Assembly (NCBI RefSeq): GCF_009834535.1
Contig: NC_045696.1
Location: 50,780,001 to 50,844,000, forward strand
DNA length: 64,000 nt
Origin: Camelus ferus
Taxonomy: Eukaryota
Reading direction: 5' to 3'
This document shows positions 1-13,525 of this stretch, piece by piece. A program made the translations under genes and the position numbers. Numbering within the stretch: the stretch's first letter is position 1; every line of letters begins with the position of its first letter. The notes under the pieces are model-generated. The model worked only from the letters and a program-made list of their open reading frames with translations. It did no database searches and was not told where the DNA came from.

Positions 1-96
1 TCTCCCCTCCTACAAAATCCCATTAGAGTGGTCCCCTTGAATAAAGCCTGCCTTATTGTTCTTTAACAAGTATCATGAATTTTTTTTTCCTTAACA
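1..96 (+). mobile_element. Probable 3' end of an ERV LTR
   Basis: AATAAA is followed by a T-rich tract and a terminal …TTAACA, the layout of an LTR R/U5 end. It is cut by the window edge. Confidence 0.45.
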
Positions 97-210
97 ATGA
101 CATATGTAATATCTTTTATAAAATATAAAAAATTGTGAATGCTAAAATACATCTGCCCCCATTAGTTTTGGATAAGGAATTGCAGACCTCCCCCACTCAA
201 CTCTGCCCCA

Positions 211-410
211 CTTTTTTTCTATCGTAGTACAGTCAGTTTACAATGTTGTGTCAATTTCTGGTGTACAGCACAATGCTTCAGACATACATATACATATATA
301 TTCACTTTCATATTCTTTTTCATTATAGGTTACTACAAGATATTGAATATAGTTCCCTGTGCTATACAGAAGAAACTTCTTGTATATCTACTTTATATAC
401 AGTAGCTAGT
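211..410 (-). mobile_element. LINE-1 3' UTR fragment
   Basis: It is the reverse complement of the L1 tails seen at 28560-28770 and 44520-44700 (…cacagggaactatattcaatatcttgta…). Confidence 0.8.
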
Positions 411-599
411 CTCATTTTCTTTTAAAATAACTTGAGTCCATCTATGAACCATAGATTACCGATTGGCAATTTTCTATTTTATGGAACAGCAAATTAGAGA
501 TAAGAAGTGGACCTCATGCTCTCTAGAAGACTTTTTAAATTTAAGATGTCTCTTAAAATTACTTTAAGTGATCTGTACCACCTTATGAAATAAACTTGT

Positions 600-3372
600 G
601 ATTTCAGGGAGATGAAGTCGCTCTACCTTTCCCTATTTCTCCCACTAAATACAGCTAAAAACCCTGGATACTATATGTAAAGTAAACACAGGAAGATTCT
701 GAAAACCAGAAAGAAGACAGTAGACCTACTATGCACCTTGGCCCCTGAAGAACAGCACTGTGGTGAGTTCCTTGGGTCTCCTTTTGTATCTCAGAGGTGG
801 AGAAGGCTAAGTCAGCAACCTGAAACACTGACAGGTGCAGATACAGAAAAGCCAACAAGAACCTGCTCTCTCTAGGCAAACAACCAGGAAAGAGCAGCCA
901 AGAAGGCAGAAAACTTGAAAAAACACCACAGGAAAAAAACAAACTGTAGTCTTACTTGCATCCCCATCAGCAAAGGCCAAGTGGGAGACTAGACATCCAC
1001 CTTTGCCAAGCTGGAGTGAGGCACCCCACCACTGCCACTAGAATGGTGTCAGAAAAGGCCAAGTAAGCACCAACGACATTTATTCCTGTTGACTGGTAAC
1101 CAGTCCCCTCCCCCCTCCCCCAACTCCCCACTCCAAGATCTCTGTGGAGACCACACAGGTAGCTCAGACTTCCACTCTCAGATGGCAGTGACAGGTTCTC
1201 TTCCCCCGCCCTGCAGAGGTGGTGTCAGAGGAGCCCTCGTAAAGAGTCAGGACGTTCACCATTGCCCCGAGGTGCCAAGGCCTTCTCCACCACATTGTCA
1301 GCAGAGACTATGTGGGGAGCTAGAACTCCCACCTGCACACAGCAGTAACAAGGAGAGCTCCCTTCCCTTGGGCGACAATTAGACTGAGTACCTCCACCTG
1401 GCAGTAGGAAGTAGGCACCCATTCCTCTCTCTGGCAGAACAGTGTTAGAGAAACCCAAGTATAAGCCAGAAGATCTAAATAAGAGACAGAGTCTCACACA
1501 TAACATGAAAGTTTCCAGGTTTCAACTGAAAGTCACTCACCATACCAAGGACCAGGAAGACCCTCCAACTGAATGAGCAAAGACAACCAGTAAATGTCCA
1601 GTAAGAAGACAAATGTTAGAATTACCTGACAAAGTATTTTAAATAGTCATGATAAAAATGATTCAACAGGCAATTATAAACACACTTGAAGCAAATGAAA
1701 AAATACAATGCCTCAAAGAAATAAAGTCTCAGCCTATTTATTTTTTATATAAAGAAGAGCTAAATGGAAAATTTACAACTGAAAAATACAGTAATTAGGA
1801 TAAAATCTAATGGATGGGCTCAATAGCAGATGGGAGAGGACAGAGAAATGAAGCAATGAACTTGAAGACAGGACAACAGGAATTAGCCAATTTGAACAAT
1901 AGAAAGAAAACAGAGCCCAAACCCCAGAGCCTCAGGGAACTATGGGACTATAATGTAATATCTAACATTCATGATAAAAATTCATGAAAAGTAGGAACAA
2001 GAAAGAATTTCCTCAACTTGGTAAAGAATATCTATGAGACACCTACAGTTGTTTTTTAATGGTACAGGTAGCATACTTAATGAGTGAAAGATCAAATGCT
2101 CTCCTTTGCTAAGATGGAAATAAGGAAAGGATATTGGCTCTCAGCACTCTATTTCAACATAGTACTGGAAGTTTTAACAGTGCAATAAGCAAGGAAAGGT
2201 AATTGGCATACTGATCAGAAATTTAAAAATAAAACTGCCACTTTATACAGATAGAAATTCCCGAGAAATCTATCAAAAACTCCTAAAACTAATAAGTGAG
2301 GTCACAACATAAAAGATAAACACCTAAAAAGAAATTGTATTTCTATATACTAGTATGAATATGTGGACCCCAAGATTAAAAAGAAAATAGCATTTAAAAT
2401 CACTCAAAAAAGAAGATATTCTGGTGTCAATCTAACAAACATGAACGTGAACTGGATGTTGAAAACGATACAAGCTGGTGACAGAAATCCAAGTTTCAGA
2501 TAAACACTGTGTTCATGCCTGGAAGACTCTACATAGTAAAGATGCCAATTCTCCCTAAAATGATATAAAGGTTTAACATAATTTCTATCAAAATTCCAAC
2601 AAGATTTTTTGTAGATATAAAAAATTCTAAAATATGAAAATATAAAGGAACTAGAATAGCTAAAACAATTTTGAAAAAAAAAAAGAATAAAATTGGAGGA
2701 ATTAGTTTACATGATGTCAGAACTCAATAGCTGCTATAATCAAGACATTACTATTGGTGAAGAGATACACACATATTCTAGAACAGAATAGAAAACCCAG
2801 AAACAGATCCACACAAATAGGCCCAAATGATTTTTCTAAAGATCAAAAGCAATTCAATGGAAGAGATACAGCTGTTTCAACAAATGGTGTTAAAACAACT
2901 GGACATTCCTAGGAGGAGGAAAAAAAAATAACCTTGACCTAAGTCTCACACTTTATACAAAAAATTAACTCCAAATGGATCATGGACTTAAGTGTTAAAT
3001 ATAAAACTCTAAAACTTTTAGAAAAATAAATAGGAGAAAATCTTTAGGACCTAGGGCTAGTCAAAGAGCTCTTTGACTTGACAACAAAATAAGATCCAAA
3101 AAAGGAAAAACTGACATTGACAACATTCAAAACTACTGCTCTGCAAACGACTTTGTTAAGGGAATGAAAAGACAAGGTACAGACCAGGAGAAAATATTCG
3201 CAAACCACATATCTGACACAGGATTAGTATGTAGGATAAAGAACTCTTAAAACTCAACAATATAAAAGAAAACAATCCTATTCAAACATGAACAAAAGAC
3301 ACGAAGAGACATTTTACCAAAGAAGATATACAGTTGGCAAATAAACACATGAAAAGATGTGCTTATTAAACA
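600..3372 (+). mobile_element. Old LINE-1 (L1MC-like): 5' UTR, partial ORF1, internal deletion near 1970, decayed ORF2
   Basis: Degenerate ORF2 RT and C-terminal motifs are visible, and the 5' part is homologous to 19075-20130. Ends are approximate. Confidence 0.8.
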
Positions 3373-3588
3373 AAACTACCCTTTGCTATCTCATACCAGA
3401 TACGCACACATATAGCCCATATGGTTAGAGACCTAAAGGTTTATTTCCTCTCCTCTTTAACCCCATAGTGCCTCTACAATGTCTATGTTGTAGTGAGAAA
3501 AAAGGTGTGTAGTATGTCTCTTAGTTATCACTCTCCTTCATCCTAATGAGACAAAAAATAGGATCATATGTAAGAAAGAAATACAAAC

Positions 3589-3784
3589 CAGCATCTCCTT
3601 CAACTTCCTTTTTCTTTACCCGCTTAATCCTCTTCTTTAATACCTTCATGAGGAAGTTAGCAAATTTATTGTTTTCTCCAAGAGCTGCTTGGAAACCAGC
3701 ATAGAGGGCCTTTTCTTGCTCCTGGAGCTTGGCAACTTCATTCTTCTTCTCTTCCATCTCTTTAAGAGTTTCATTTATTTTCCA
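3589..3784 (-). CDS. CFAP44: CFAP44 window exon 22 (196 nt), coiled coil
   Basis: tttag|TGG AAA…GAT GCT G|gtttgt; [65 protein letters not shown]. Confidence 0.92.
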
Positions 3785-4790
3785 CTAAATGAACAGAAAC
3801 AAGAACAAATGATAAATGCAATATTTCTGATAAACTGGGTTCAGAGAACATTGCACGTTACAATGTAAGTCTACAGTTGACAAACATTTTTTAAAGCTTC
3901 TTAATAGAAGTTTACATTCCTGATGTTTGCAGAGTCATTCACTTATTTGGTTAAAATTTTGTAATTCTTTTGTAAAAGTCAGTAAGTTCAGAATCAGACA
4001 GGATCGATTTTCTGATGTTTAACTTCCTCAAAAAATCTAAATTAAATAAATTGAAAAGTTTACTGATATGAGGATGTCAGGTAGTATTTTTCCATAAGTG
4101 GTCTCAAAAAAAGTTTTTTCTTTCATTATCAAGATAACTAAAACAAAAAGGCACATCATCTCTTGATGAAGCTGATATATCTAAAATTTAATGTCACTAT
4201 TGAGTATGTCTTATCTATTTAATAGAATCCTTCTTCCTTTAACATCAAGAAAGATGGTATAATTGACCTCTTTAAATTTAACATTATATATATAAAACAA
4301 AAAAGAAAATTTCCTATGCTATTCAATTATATATTATTCTGAAACTAGCTCTCATATTTAGGAAATTCACTAGCTTCTTTTCCAAGTATGTTCATAAGGA
4401 TAATATATAATCAACAATAAACTTCATAAGACAGCTAGTGACAACAAAAATATACCGACTTCTGAATTTTGAAATCCATAGGTAAACCAAATATAAGGCT
4501 CACTTTGAAAAACTTTATTCTCCTACCTTACAAAATATCAAATCAAATTCATTAAAAAAAATATGATTCAAACAGGATTCAAAATCATAAAACATACAGA
4601 TTCTCTGACCATGGACACCCAAAACAGAGAACAAGCAAGATTAACAGGGAAAAGGAGGCAGAAAAGAAGGCAGAAAGAGATGTGGACTCGAACAAGGAGG
4701 GAAATTAAGTTGAGAAGAGGAAGAAAGAAGGATCAAGTTCTTCCCCTAACTAAGGGTGTAGCCAGCTAGCGTTCTTCTGCCCATTCTTAC

Positions 4791-4994
4791 CTGCATGTCC
4801 TGTTCCTCTTTGTCTAATGAATTAACACGCTCTTGAAGTATGTTCTCCTGTTTTTCAAAATTCTTGAGGAGAAGTATTTCCTGAAATAACGTGACATGGT
4901 GCAGGTCAGATAATTTCATCTGAGTATCTAGTTTCAGTTTCTGATGTCTCAGGAGACGGAGTTCTGCATCAAAAGTGACAATCAGTTCTTTGAT
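4791..4994 (-). CDS. CFAP44: CFAP44 window exon 21 (204 nt), coiled coil
   Basis: ctcag|ATC AAA…ATG CAG|gtaaga; [68 protein letters not shown]. Confidence 0.93.
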
Positions 4995-6383
4995 CTGAGG
5001 TGGAAAAAGATTTGAGAATGTTAGAAGTTAAAAAGATGTAACTGCATTTTTTAAAATGATCCAACAACACTAATTTGTTTGGGTAAAAGACTTTTCTTAT
5101 TACGCCCTTATCATGGATGGAAAATTATAAGGGTGGGCAGGTGGGCATATGTGCATGTATGGAGTCACTGCAATCAATTCATCAATGGTATTACATGTAC
5201 ATAAATTAATTTATTAAGTGGTAGGAATTCTGCAACTGCAGTCCTTCCAGCTATTTCTTCACCATTGATTAAGCCATTGATCAGGAATGTCCTTCTTGCT
5301 GGTTTAAACTGGAGACTATGAGCTCTTTGTGGGTAGTGTTTATATCTGTCTCCACCCTCCCCACAGTATCTCTACATTGCCCTTCATACAGTAAGCACTA
5401 AAAACACTTTTCCTCATCCTATTTTGAAAATTTTCAAACCTATAGAATAGTAAATGTTTTTAATAGATAAATATAATCATGGAGCCACAAGAAACACATT
5501 CAATCTTCTTAGTTTATTTACAGATGAAGAAATTGAGACTAAAAGTGATCTCCCTGAGATTACAACTAATTTGTTACAGAACTAAGATGAGAAGCTAAAT
5601 ATCCCAAGTCCTGGTCTAGACTTTATTCCACTGTCATCCCGAATAATTTTAAATCCTCAGTTTTGCTCTGATTTTGATATAGCTTCTCCTTCACTTCATC
5701 CCAAAGGAGATGAAGATCTCAAGGAGAGCCCCCACGGGCTGATTCTCCCAAGGGAACTAGTACAACAAGAAAAAGACAAATCACTCCATGTTTTTCATTA
5801 GGCTGTACATGATGGGGAGCCTCAATGAGCAAATGCATATGATGAGTGAGGGCTCAGCCTGGGACTGAGAAAGAGGATGATATCTGTGGGTATGGGATAG
5901 CGAAATTGCTGGAGAATTTCGGAGATCAAAAAAACCCCAACAAGCCAAGGAGACGAAAAATTAAACCTTTAATTATGAATGACTGTAGACTAAGTGGGTT
6001 CTCCCTTAATGCTTGTTCAACAAATTTGAATTATTTTTAAATTTCGTAGGAGGCAGGACTGTATTTTTTTTAGTGGAACATCATTCTGAAACTTTACCAC
6101 ATAGGTATCCAAGTTTGTAAGTGTTACACTTGTTTTATTCTCACTACCCTTCATAGCCTGTTAGCTTTATGAGGATAGAGAACCTGTCTGACTTGAGAAT
6201 TGTTGCATCCCTAATTCCTAGCTAGCACTGTCCCTGTGCAATAAATATTTGTTAAATTAATAAAATAAATGAATTAGGTAAAATTAAATCAAAACTTTTT
6301 TACTATCTACTATATGTCTGGCATTGTCCCAGATAGTGCAGGGGAATCGTGTGGCCCTTCCCTCAAGAATTGTATAATCTAAT

Positions 6384-9300
6384 GAAACAGAGACTAAAAA
6401 AAAAAAAAAAGAAAGAAATAGAAAAGATCAATGAAACTAAAAGCTGGTTCCTTGAAAATATCAACAAAATTGATAAAACTTTAGCCAGACTCATCAAGAA
6501 AAAAAGGGAGAGGACCCAAATCAATAAAATCAGGAATGAAAAAGAAGTTAAACCACAGAAATACAAAAGATCATAGGAGACTACTGCGAATAACTATGCA
6601 AATAAAATGGACAACCTAGAAGAAATGGACAAATTCTTAGAAAAGTACAGTCTCCCAAGACTGGACCAGGAAGAAATAGAAAATATGAACAGACCAATTA
6701 CCAGTAATGAAATTGAATTAGTAATTAAAAACTCCCAACAAACAAAAGTCCAGGATGGATGGCTTCACAGGTGAATTCTACCAAACATTTAGAGAAGAGT
6801 TAATATCTATTCTTCTCAAACTATTTCAAAAAACTGCAGAGAAAAGAACACTTCTGAGCTCATTCTATGAGGCCACCATCACCCTGATACCAAAACCAGA
6901 CAAAGATATCACACAAACAAGAACATTACAGGCCAATATCACTGATGAACATAGATGGAAAAATCCTCAACAAAATACTAGCAAATGAATCCAACAGTAT
7001 ATTTAAAGAGCCATAAACTAATCAAGTGGGATTTATTCCAAGGATGCAAGGATAATGCAATATTCATAAATCAATCAATGTGATAACACCACATTAACTG
7101 AAGGATAAAACCATATGATCATCTCAATTGATGCAGAAAAAGCTTTTGACAAAATTCAACATTCATCTATGATAAAAACTCTCCAGAAAGTGGGCATAGA
7201 GGGAACATATCTCAACATAATAAAGGCCATACATGACAAACCCACAGCTAATATCATACTCAATGGTGAAAAGCTAAAAGCATTTCCTCTAAGATGAAGG
7301 ACAAGGATGCCCACTCTTAACCACTTTTATTCAACATAGTTTTGGAAGTCCTAGCCACAGCCATCAGAGAAGAAGAAGAAATAAAAGGAATCCAAATTGG
7401 AAAGAAAGAAGTAAAACTGTCACTGTTTGCAGATGACATGATACTATACATAGAAAATCCTAGAAATGCTACCAGAAAACCCCTAGAGCTCATCAATGGA
7501 TTTGGTAAATTTGAAGAATACAAAATTACTATACAGAAATCAGTTGCATTTCTATACACTAACAATGAACTATCAGAAAGTTAAATTAAGGAAACAATCC
7601 CACTTACCATGGCATCAGAAAGAACAAAATACCTAGAAATAAACCTGCCTAAGGAGGTAAAAGACCAGTACTTGGAAAACTAAGAAACTGATGAAAGAAA
7701 TGGAAGACGACCAAAACAGATGGAAAGATATACCACGTTCTTGAATTGGAAGAATCAGTATTTTTTAAATGACCATAATACTCAAGGCAATCTACAGATT
7801 CAATGCAATTCCTATCAAAATACCAATGGCATTTTTCACAGAACTAGAATAAATAACTTTAAAATTTGTATGAAAACACAAAAGACCCCGAATAGCCAAA
7901 ACAATCTTGAGAAAGAAAGGAGCTGGAAGAATCATGTTCCCTGACTTCAGACTATACTACAAAGCTACAGTAATCAAAACAGTATGATACTGGCACAAAA
8001 ACAGACACATAGATCATTGGAACAGAATAGAGAGCCGAGAAATAAACCTATACACTTATGGTCAATTAATCTATGACAAAGAAGGCAAGAATATGCCATG
8101 GAGAAAAGATATCCCTGTCAATAAATGGTGCTGGGGAAACTGGACAGCTATATGTGAAGAACGAAATCAGAACATTCTCTAACAACATATACAAAAATAA
8201 ACTCAAAATGAATCAAAGCTCTAAATGTTAGCTGGAAACTATAAAACTCCCAGAAGAAAACAGGCAGAAAACTCTTTGACATAAATCGTAGCAATATTTT
8301 TTTTAAATCTGTCTTCTAAAGCAAAGGAAACAAAAGCAAAAATAGGGAAATGAGACCTAATTAAACTTGAAAGCTTTCACACAGCAAAGGAAACCATAAA
8401 CAAAATGAAAAGACAACCTACTGAGTGGGAGGAAATATTTGCCAATAATATGACCCATAAGGGGTTAATATCTGAAATATATAAACAGCTCAGACAACTC
8501 AACATCAAAAAAAAACAACCTGATTGAAAAATGCGTAGAAGACCTGTATAGACATTTTTCCAAAGAAAACATACTGATGGCCAAAAGGCACATGAAAAGA
8601 TGCTTAACATCACTAATCATCAGGGAACTATAAATTAAAACCACAATGAGGTATCACTCACACCTGTCAGAATGGTTATCATCAAAAAGAACACAAATAA
8701 CAAATGCGAGCAAAAACATGAAGAAAAGGGAGCCCTTGTTCACTGCTGGTGGGAATATAAATTGGTACAGCCACTGTGGAAAACAGTATGGAGGTTTTTC
8801 AAAAAACTAAAAATAGAACTACTTTATGACCCAGCAATTCCTACTCCTGGGTATATATCCAAAATAAACAAAAACTCTAATTTGAAAAGATACATGCACC
8901 CCAATGTTCATCATAGCATTATCTACAATTGCCAAGATATGGAAGCAACCTAAGAGTCCATTGACAGATGAATGGATGAAGATGTGGTATGTGTATATAT
9001 AATGGAATACTCTTCAGCCATAAAAAAGAATGAAATTTTGCTATTTGCAACAACACGAATGGATCTGGGGGTTATTATGGTTAGTGAAATAAGTCAGCCA
9101 GTTAAAGACAAATACTATATGTTAGCACTTATGTATGGATTCTATAAAAGAAATCTAGTGAATGTAACAAAAAAGAAACAGACATTTACAGAGAACAAAC
9201 TAGTGGTCACCAATGGGGAGAATGAAGGAGGAAAGGGCATTATAGAGATAGGAGATTAAGAGGTACAAATTATTAGGTACAAAATAAGCTACAAGGATGT

Positions 9301-9433
9301 ATTGTACAACACAGGGAATACAGCCCATATTTTATAGTAACTACAAATGGAGTATATAACCTTTAAAAATTGTGAATCACTATATTGTACACCTGTAACA
9401 TATAATATTGTACTTCAACTAGATTTCAATTAA
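6384..9433 (+). mobile_element. 5'-truncated LINE-1 (disrupted ORF2 with RT domain, plus 3' UTR), inserted in an L2 remnant
   Basis: ORF fragments include [15 protein letters not shown] and [11 protein letters not shown], with frameshifts and stops between them. TSD aagaattgtataatctaat (6365-6383) / aagaactgtaaaatctaat (9434-9452). Confidence 0.95.
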
Positions 9434-10377
9434 AAGAACTGTAAAATCTAATCTGTAAGACAAAACAGCAAGAAAAATATGTGTAAAACATGAGGTGCTT
9501 ATTATAAGTGCAAATGGAATTTAGAAAAAAGGAGAGTATGTGATGTGGGCAGAAGATTCTGGAGAGGGTTTTGAATGATGACAACTTTGGAAGGAGGTCA
9601 TTGCAGGTAGAAAGAAATAGCAAAGGAGAAAGTACAGCTATACACTCAGAATGGGGGTGAGTGGGGAGAAACAGGAAGAATGAGAAAACAGGGCTGGATG
9701 AAGTGTTGATAACAGGTGAAGAATAAGATTGGGAAGCAATAGGGCTGCCTTCAGAGTGGAGCTCGAAAGACACATTGACGAAGGAGACTCTGTACGACCG
9801 GCAGGAGGGAGCACTCCACCCAGGAGAGATCCTTTTCCTTCCATATTCACAGCACCTCCCGCACACAACTGGCCCCAGCGTGGTCCTGATTTTCCTAGAA
9901 GTAAAAATTTTTGCTATTCTAGCTCCAGAACAATTCCGAAACTAGTCATTACCAAGAACACTCCCACGAATAGAGCAAAGCACACATTAGAGAAAGAGCA
10001 GGGTGTAAAAAGCAGAGAGTGCCCCATTGTCACTGCAAGTTTCTTAATTGTGTTTTATCCATCTTCTGGATAAGGCTGCTCCATCACTTTCCCTTTACCA
10101 TGATCTCAGTTAGATACCAATGAACATGGATTTGCCCTTAATTCTTAGCTTTCCAAAAAGAAAAAAAAGAAGTTAAAAAGTTCCAAAGTCCTGGGCAGAG
10201 CACAGTGATTTTCAGAAGACTAGGGATGGGGAGGCAGTGCAGCTATCAGTGAGTTGTGGGCTGGTCAGGGTTCAGGGGAAGGTTAATATAGAGACATTAA
10301 AACTAAACAAGAAACTAGATCTAGTTCATCCCTGCTCTTCTCTCTTTCAGCTTTAAGTAAGCAGTCTCCTCGCTTAC

Positions 10378-10878
10378 CCTGTTGATCAAATACTGCTGCA
10401 TGTACAAGTGTTTAATCTCATCCCTCCTCATAATCTCCAGCTCCACTTCGGTTGGATCTGCTTTTTCAAATTCCATGAACTTTGGAATATCTAGACTGAA
10501 TGTTGATACTTTTAACAATCTAGACGAGGAATCACATGTCGTCAAATCCCCGTCCTTTCCAGAAGAGAGTTTGAGGAATCCTCCAGCTGAGCCTGCAGAC
10601 CCTGCCTGTTCCCCCTGCGGGGACTTTTCATCCTGATTTTCCATCAGCTGTTGCTTAAAAGCTAGGAGGGTTTTCTCGTCATACTGAAATCTCTTCTCTG
10701 GAACTTCTTCCGGGTGTATCTCAGGGATTTGGGGAATCGGGACGTGCTTGGATATGTGAAGAGTCGACTGAATATTCTTCAGTTCTTGCACCAGGCACTG
10801 TATTTCCTCGATGACAGCCACCTTCAGATCTCGGAGAGAGACGATGCACTTGTTCATGTGCATTTTCTTTGAATAGGC
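10378..10878 (-). CDS. CFAP44: CFAP44 window exon 20 (501 nt)
   Basis: atcag|GCC TAT…AAC AGG|gtaagc; [37 protein letters not shown]…[13 protein letters not shown]. Confidence 0.93.
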
Positions 10879-12762
10879 CTGATAAAAAGAATGGGAAAGA
10901 AGCAAAATGACACTCCACTCACAAATGCTTTGCTTTGCTTTTGTCCCTTGACTGGTATACCTAGCAAAAAATTTAAGATAAAAATGTATCTGATCATTCT
11001 TGTGCAGTACACTGTTATTTCCTCTGGTTTTTAGGCTTTCCCCCATTTAGTATCTTGGAAAGGGGGAGACAGCCTGGATGTGACCCCTGATGTCCCTCAG
11101 CTGGCTTGGAGGGCTGAGCTCCCCTGTCCTCCTCCCACCAGTCAATGGAAGCCCACCCTGAGCTTTGTACTCAGCCAGATCCAGGGGAGGCGCGGGGGGG
11201 GGGGGTGGAGGGAAGGTCACTCATTGGTCAGAACACACAAGTAACCACCTTTCCTTGATGGAAACTCAAATCCCATTGGCATAGACTCACTTAGGGTTGC
11301 CTGCTTACCCACCTAGCCAGACTACGGTTTAGCCTGTTTTCATTCTGTATTTTGGCCACATTATTTCTGTTACTCCTTGTGCAGGCAAGGTCATGATCCT
11401 GAATTTCGGTATCATGTCACACCAAGAGATTCCAGTACTCTCCCTCGGTTCCTTCTCCATTTATCTAAGCCAAGCTATGCCGCTGCCTCCAGCCACAAGT
11501 GCCGTACAGGCCACTGCTCCCTCACTGCCAGCTCTCTCCCCAGTCTGTGTTTCCTAAGTGCCCTTTCCAGAGCCTATAGGCACATGCAGCCCTACTCTTG
11601 TGTGCCGTTAGGCACCTAGGTGGTCTAAAGGCTATTAAGAGTAACTTTGTGTAAATATACAGGTTAAGGAAAATAAAAGATCAAAAGGCACTTCTTCAAG
11701 TAGTCTTGCAAAACTTGCCTGCATATTTACTACCTCCTGTAACAAAATAGAGGGGATGTTTCACGTACTTAAGAACACATCTTTAAATGCTTAAGATTTA
11801 AACTCAAAAGCCAGCTCCTGGGTGAGTGGAGGACCGCTTCTGAAAGTACCTGGAGGACTGAGAAGTGAGCTTAGAAGAATAAACCCAAACCAGCCTCATG
11901 GCTGTAAGGCCTACCTCTTTGAGGAGCCCTATTTACACATCAAGCCTCTCTCTCTAGTTTTCTAAATACCACACACACCTAAACACTGACCACAGGAAGG
12001 GGATGTATAATATACTGTTTCTAAAATGCCTGATACTTTTCAATGATTTTGAATTTAACCATGATAATAATGACTGTTTACTGACTTTGACCATTACATT
12101 AACCCTGTCAAGTAGACTAGACATGTCTTGTCTAATTGTTGTTCCTTGGTATTAATATCTTTTTGACAGGCAATATAACTGAGGCTTAGGGAGATTTACA
12201 TGACTAGCAAAGTTCACGTAACTACTGAGTGGCAGAGATGGAACAAAACTCTGGTCTTCCGACTTGTAGAGTGTGCTCTACATTGATTTATGTTGTTCTT
12301 TTAATAGATTCCAGTATCATACATTTCAAGACATCACACCTGTTCATCACCTCTAGCTGGATCATGAAATTTTGGGTTGGATGATTGGCAAATTGTGGTC
12401 AAAAGAATATTTCTCTATGACAATGGATGAAACAAGCATTGCCTTAGACAAACACCTAGAAGAACAACCCAAATGGTCACTAATAACATGTTCAAAATGT
12501 CCATTTGATCAGAAAGGTGTAGTTATGAGTTATGAAAATTTACTTGTGGCTATGAATTGTCATACTAGGATCTCTGGAGTACTGGCACATACAGCATCTT
12601 TGGTAAAATAGAAGAAGACACTCCTTCCTCAAGACACTTTTCTTCAATTTTTTTCAGAAAATTATAAAATATCCAAACATACTATGATCCGGCACTCTTT
12701 CCAATGTGATGCCCTGAGATGTGCAACTTGCACACGTTCTAGGTGACCAAAATTCTTCTCAA

Positions 12763-12895
12763 GGGGTGGGGAGGGTATAGCTGAGTGGTACAGTGCTTGT
12801 TTAGTATGCACGAGGTCCTGGGTTCAATCCCTAGTACCTCCACTAAGAAATAAGTAAAATAAATAAACCAAATTACTCCCCTCCCCCAAAAAACC
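12763..12895 (+). mobile_element. tRNA-derived SINE (Vic-1-like)
   Basis: A box (tagctgagtgg) and B box (ggttcaatcc), A-rich tail, degenerate TSD aattcttctcaa / acttctcctcaa. Confidence 0.85.
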
Positions 12896-13525
12896 CCAAC
12901 TTCTCCTCAAAATGGTAGCTCAGATGCCTTCTGAGCCTCTAAGTATGAAAAGTCACCTGTCAATTCAAATTAAGGAATGACTATGACAAGGAGAGGAAAC
13001 TTCAATAAGAAAACAGGTATGAGAAATCAGGATGATTAGAAGCACTTTGGAAGACGGCAGAGAGTGTCAAAAAGGAATATATTAATTGTTTAGTACTGAG
13101 TCACCTACAGAAGTTTGGAAGTCCTTCAAACAAACGCTAAACACAGTGGCCTCTTCTCCTAAGTCTTTGGTGGTCCACAGCAGCTAAAAACAATACCCAA
13201 TAAGGATGTGTTTGAATTTCAGAAGTTCAAAGTCCATAAAACAGAATGCCTTCACCCATGAAACTGGTATTAAACCGAGTAATTAATTTGAAGGCTGGTT
13301 CTGCCATATTAACTAAATAATCATGGATAAATCTCTTTCCTCAGGACTCAGTTTCCTCAATTGTAAAAAGGGGCATTATTCTAGATAATCAGGAAGGCTT
13401 TTTCCAACTCTAAATTTCTATGACTATAATCTCTTATGGACCAGAGAGCAAAATGGGTGGTTTTAGCATAATTCAACAAAAACCCCAGGCTGTCTCTCAC
13501 TGTCATGAAAGCTATGGGTAAGCAC

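Noticed and set aside
6349..9259. Run of plus-strand ORFs with reverse-transcriptase motifs (FADDM) as a functional gene or novel RT system
   Set aside because: These are frameshifted fragments of an ordinary 5'-truncated LINE-1 ORF2 bounded by a TSD.
9426..10073. Overlapping ORFs of 76-146 aa on both strands
   Set aside because: They show no recognisable homology, are partly L2-derived, and their lengths are compatible with chance.
10321..11046. 241-aa ORF as a stand-alone gene
   Set aside because: Its core is CFAP44 exon 20 with proper splice sites. The flanks are intronic read-through, and the 5' extension is kept only as a speculative finding.
11645..11675. U12-type (minor) intron suggested by TTTTCCTTAAC
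   Set aside because: I found no RTATCCTT 5' site on the gene strand upstream in this intron or in exon 19, and a similar string occurs at ~85-95 in an unrelated context.
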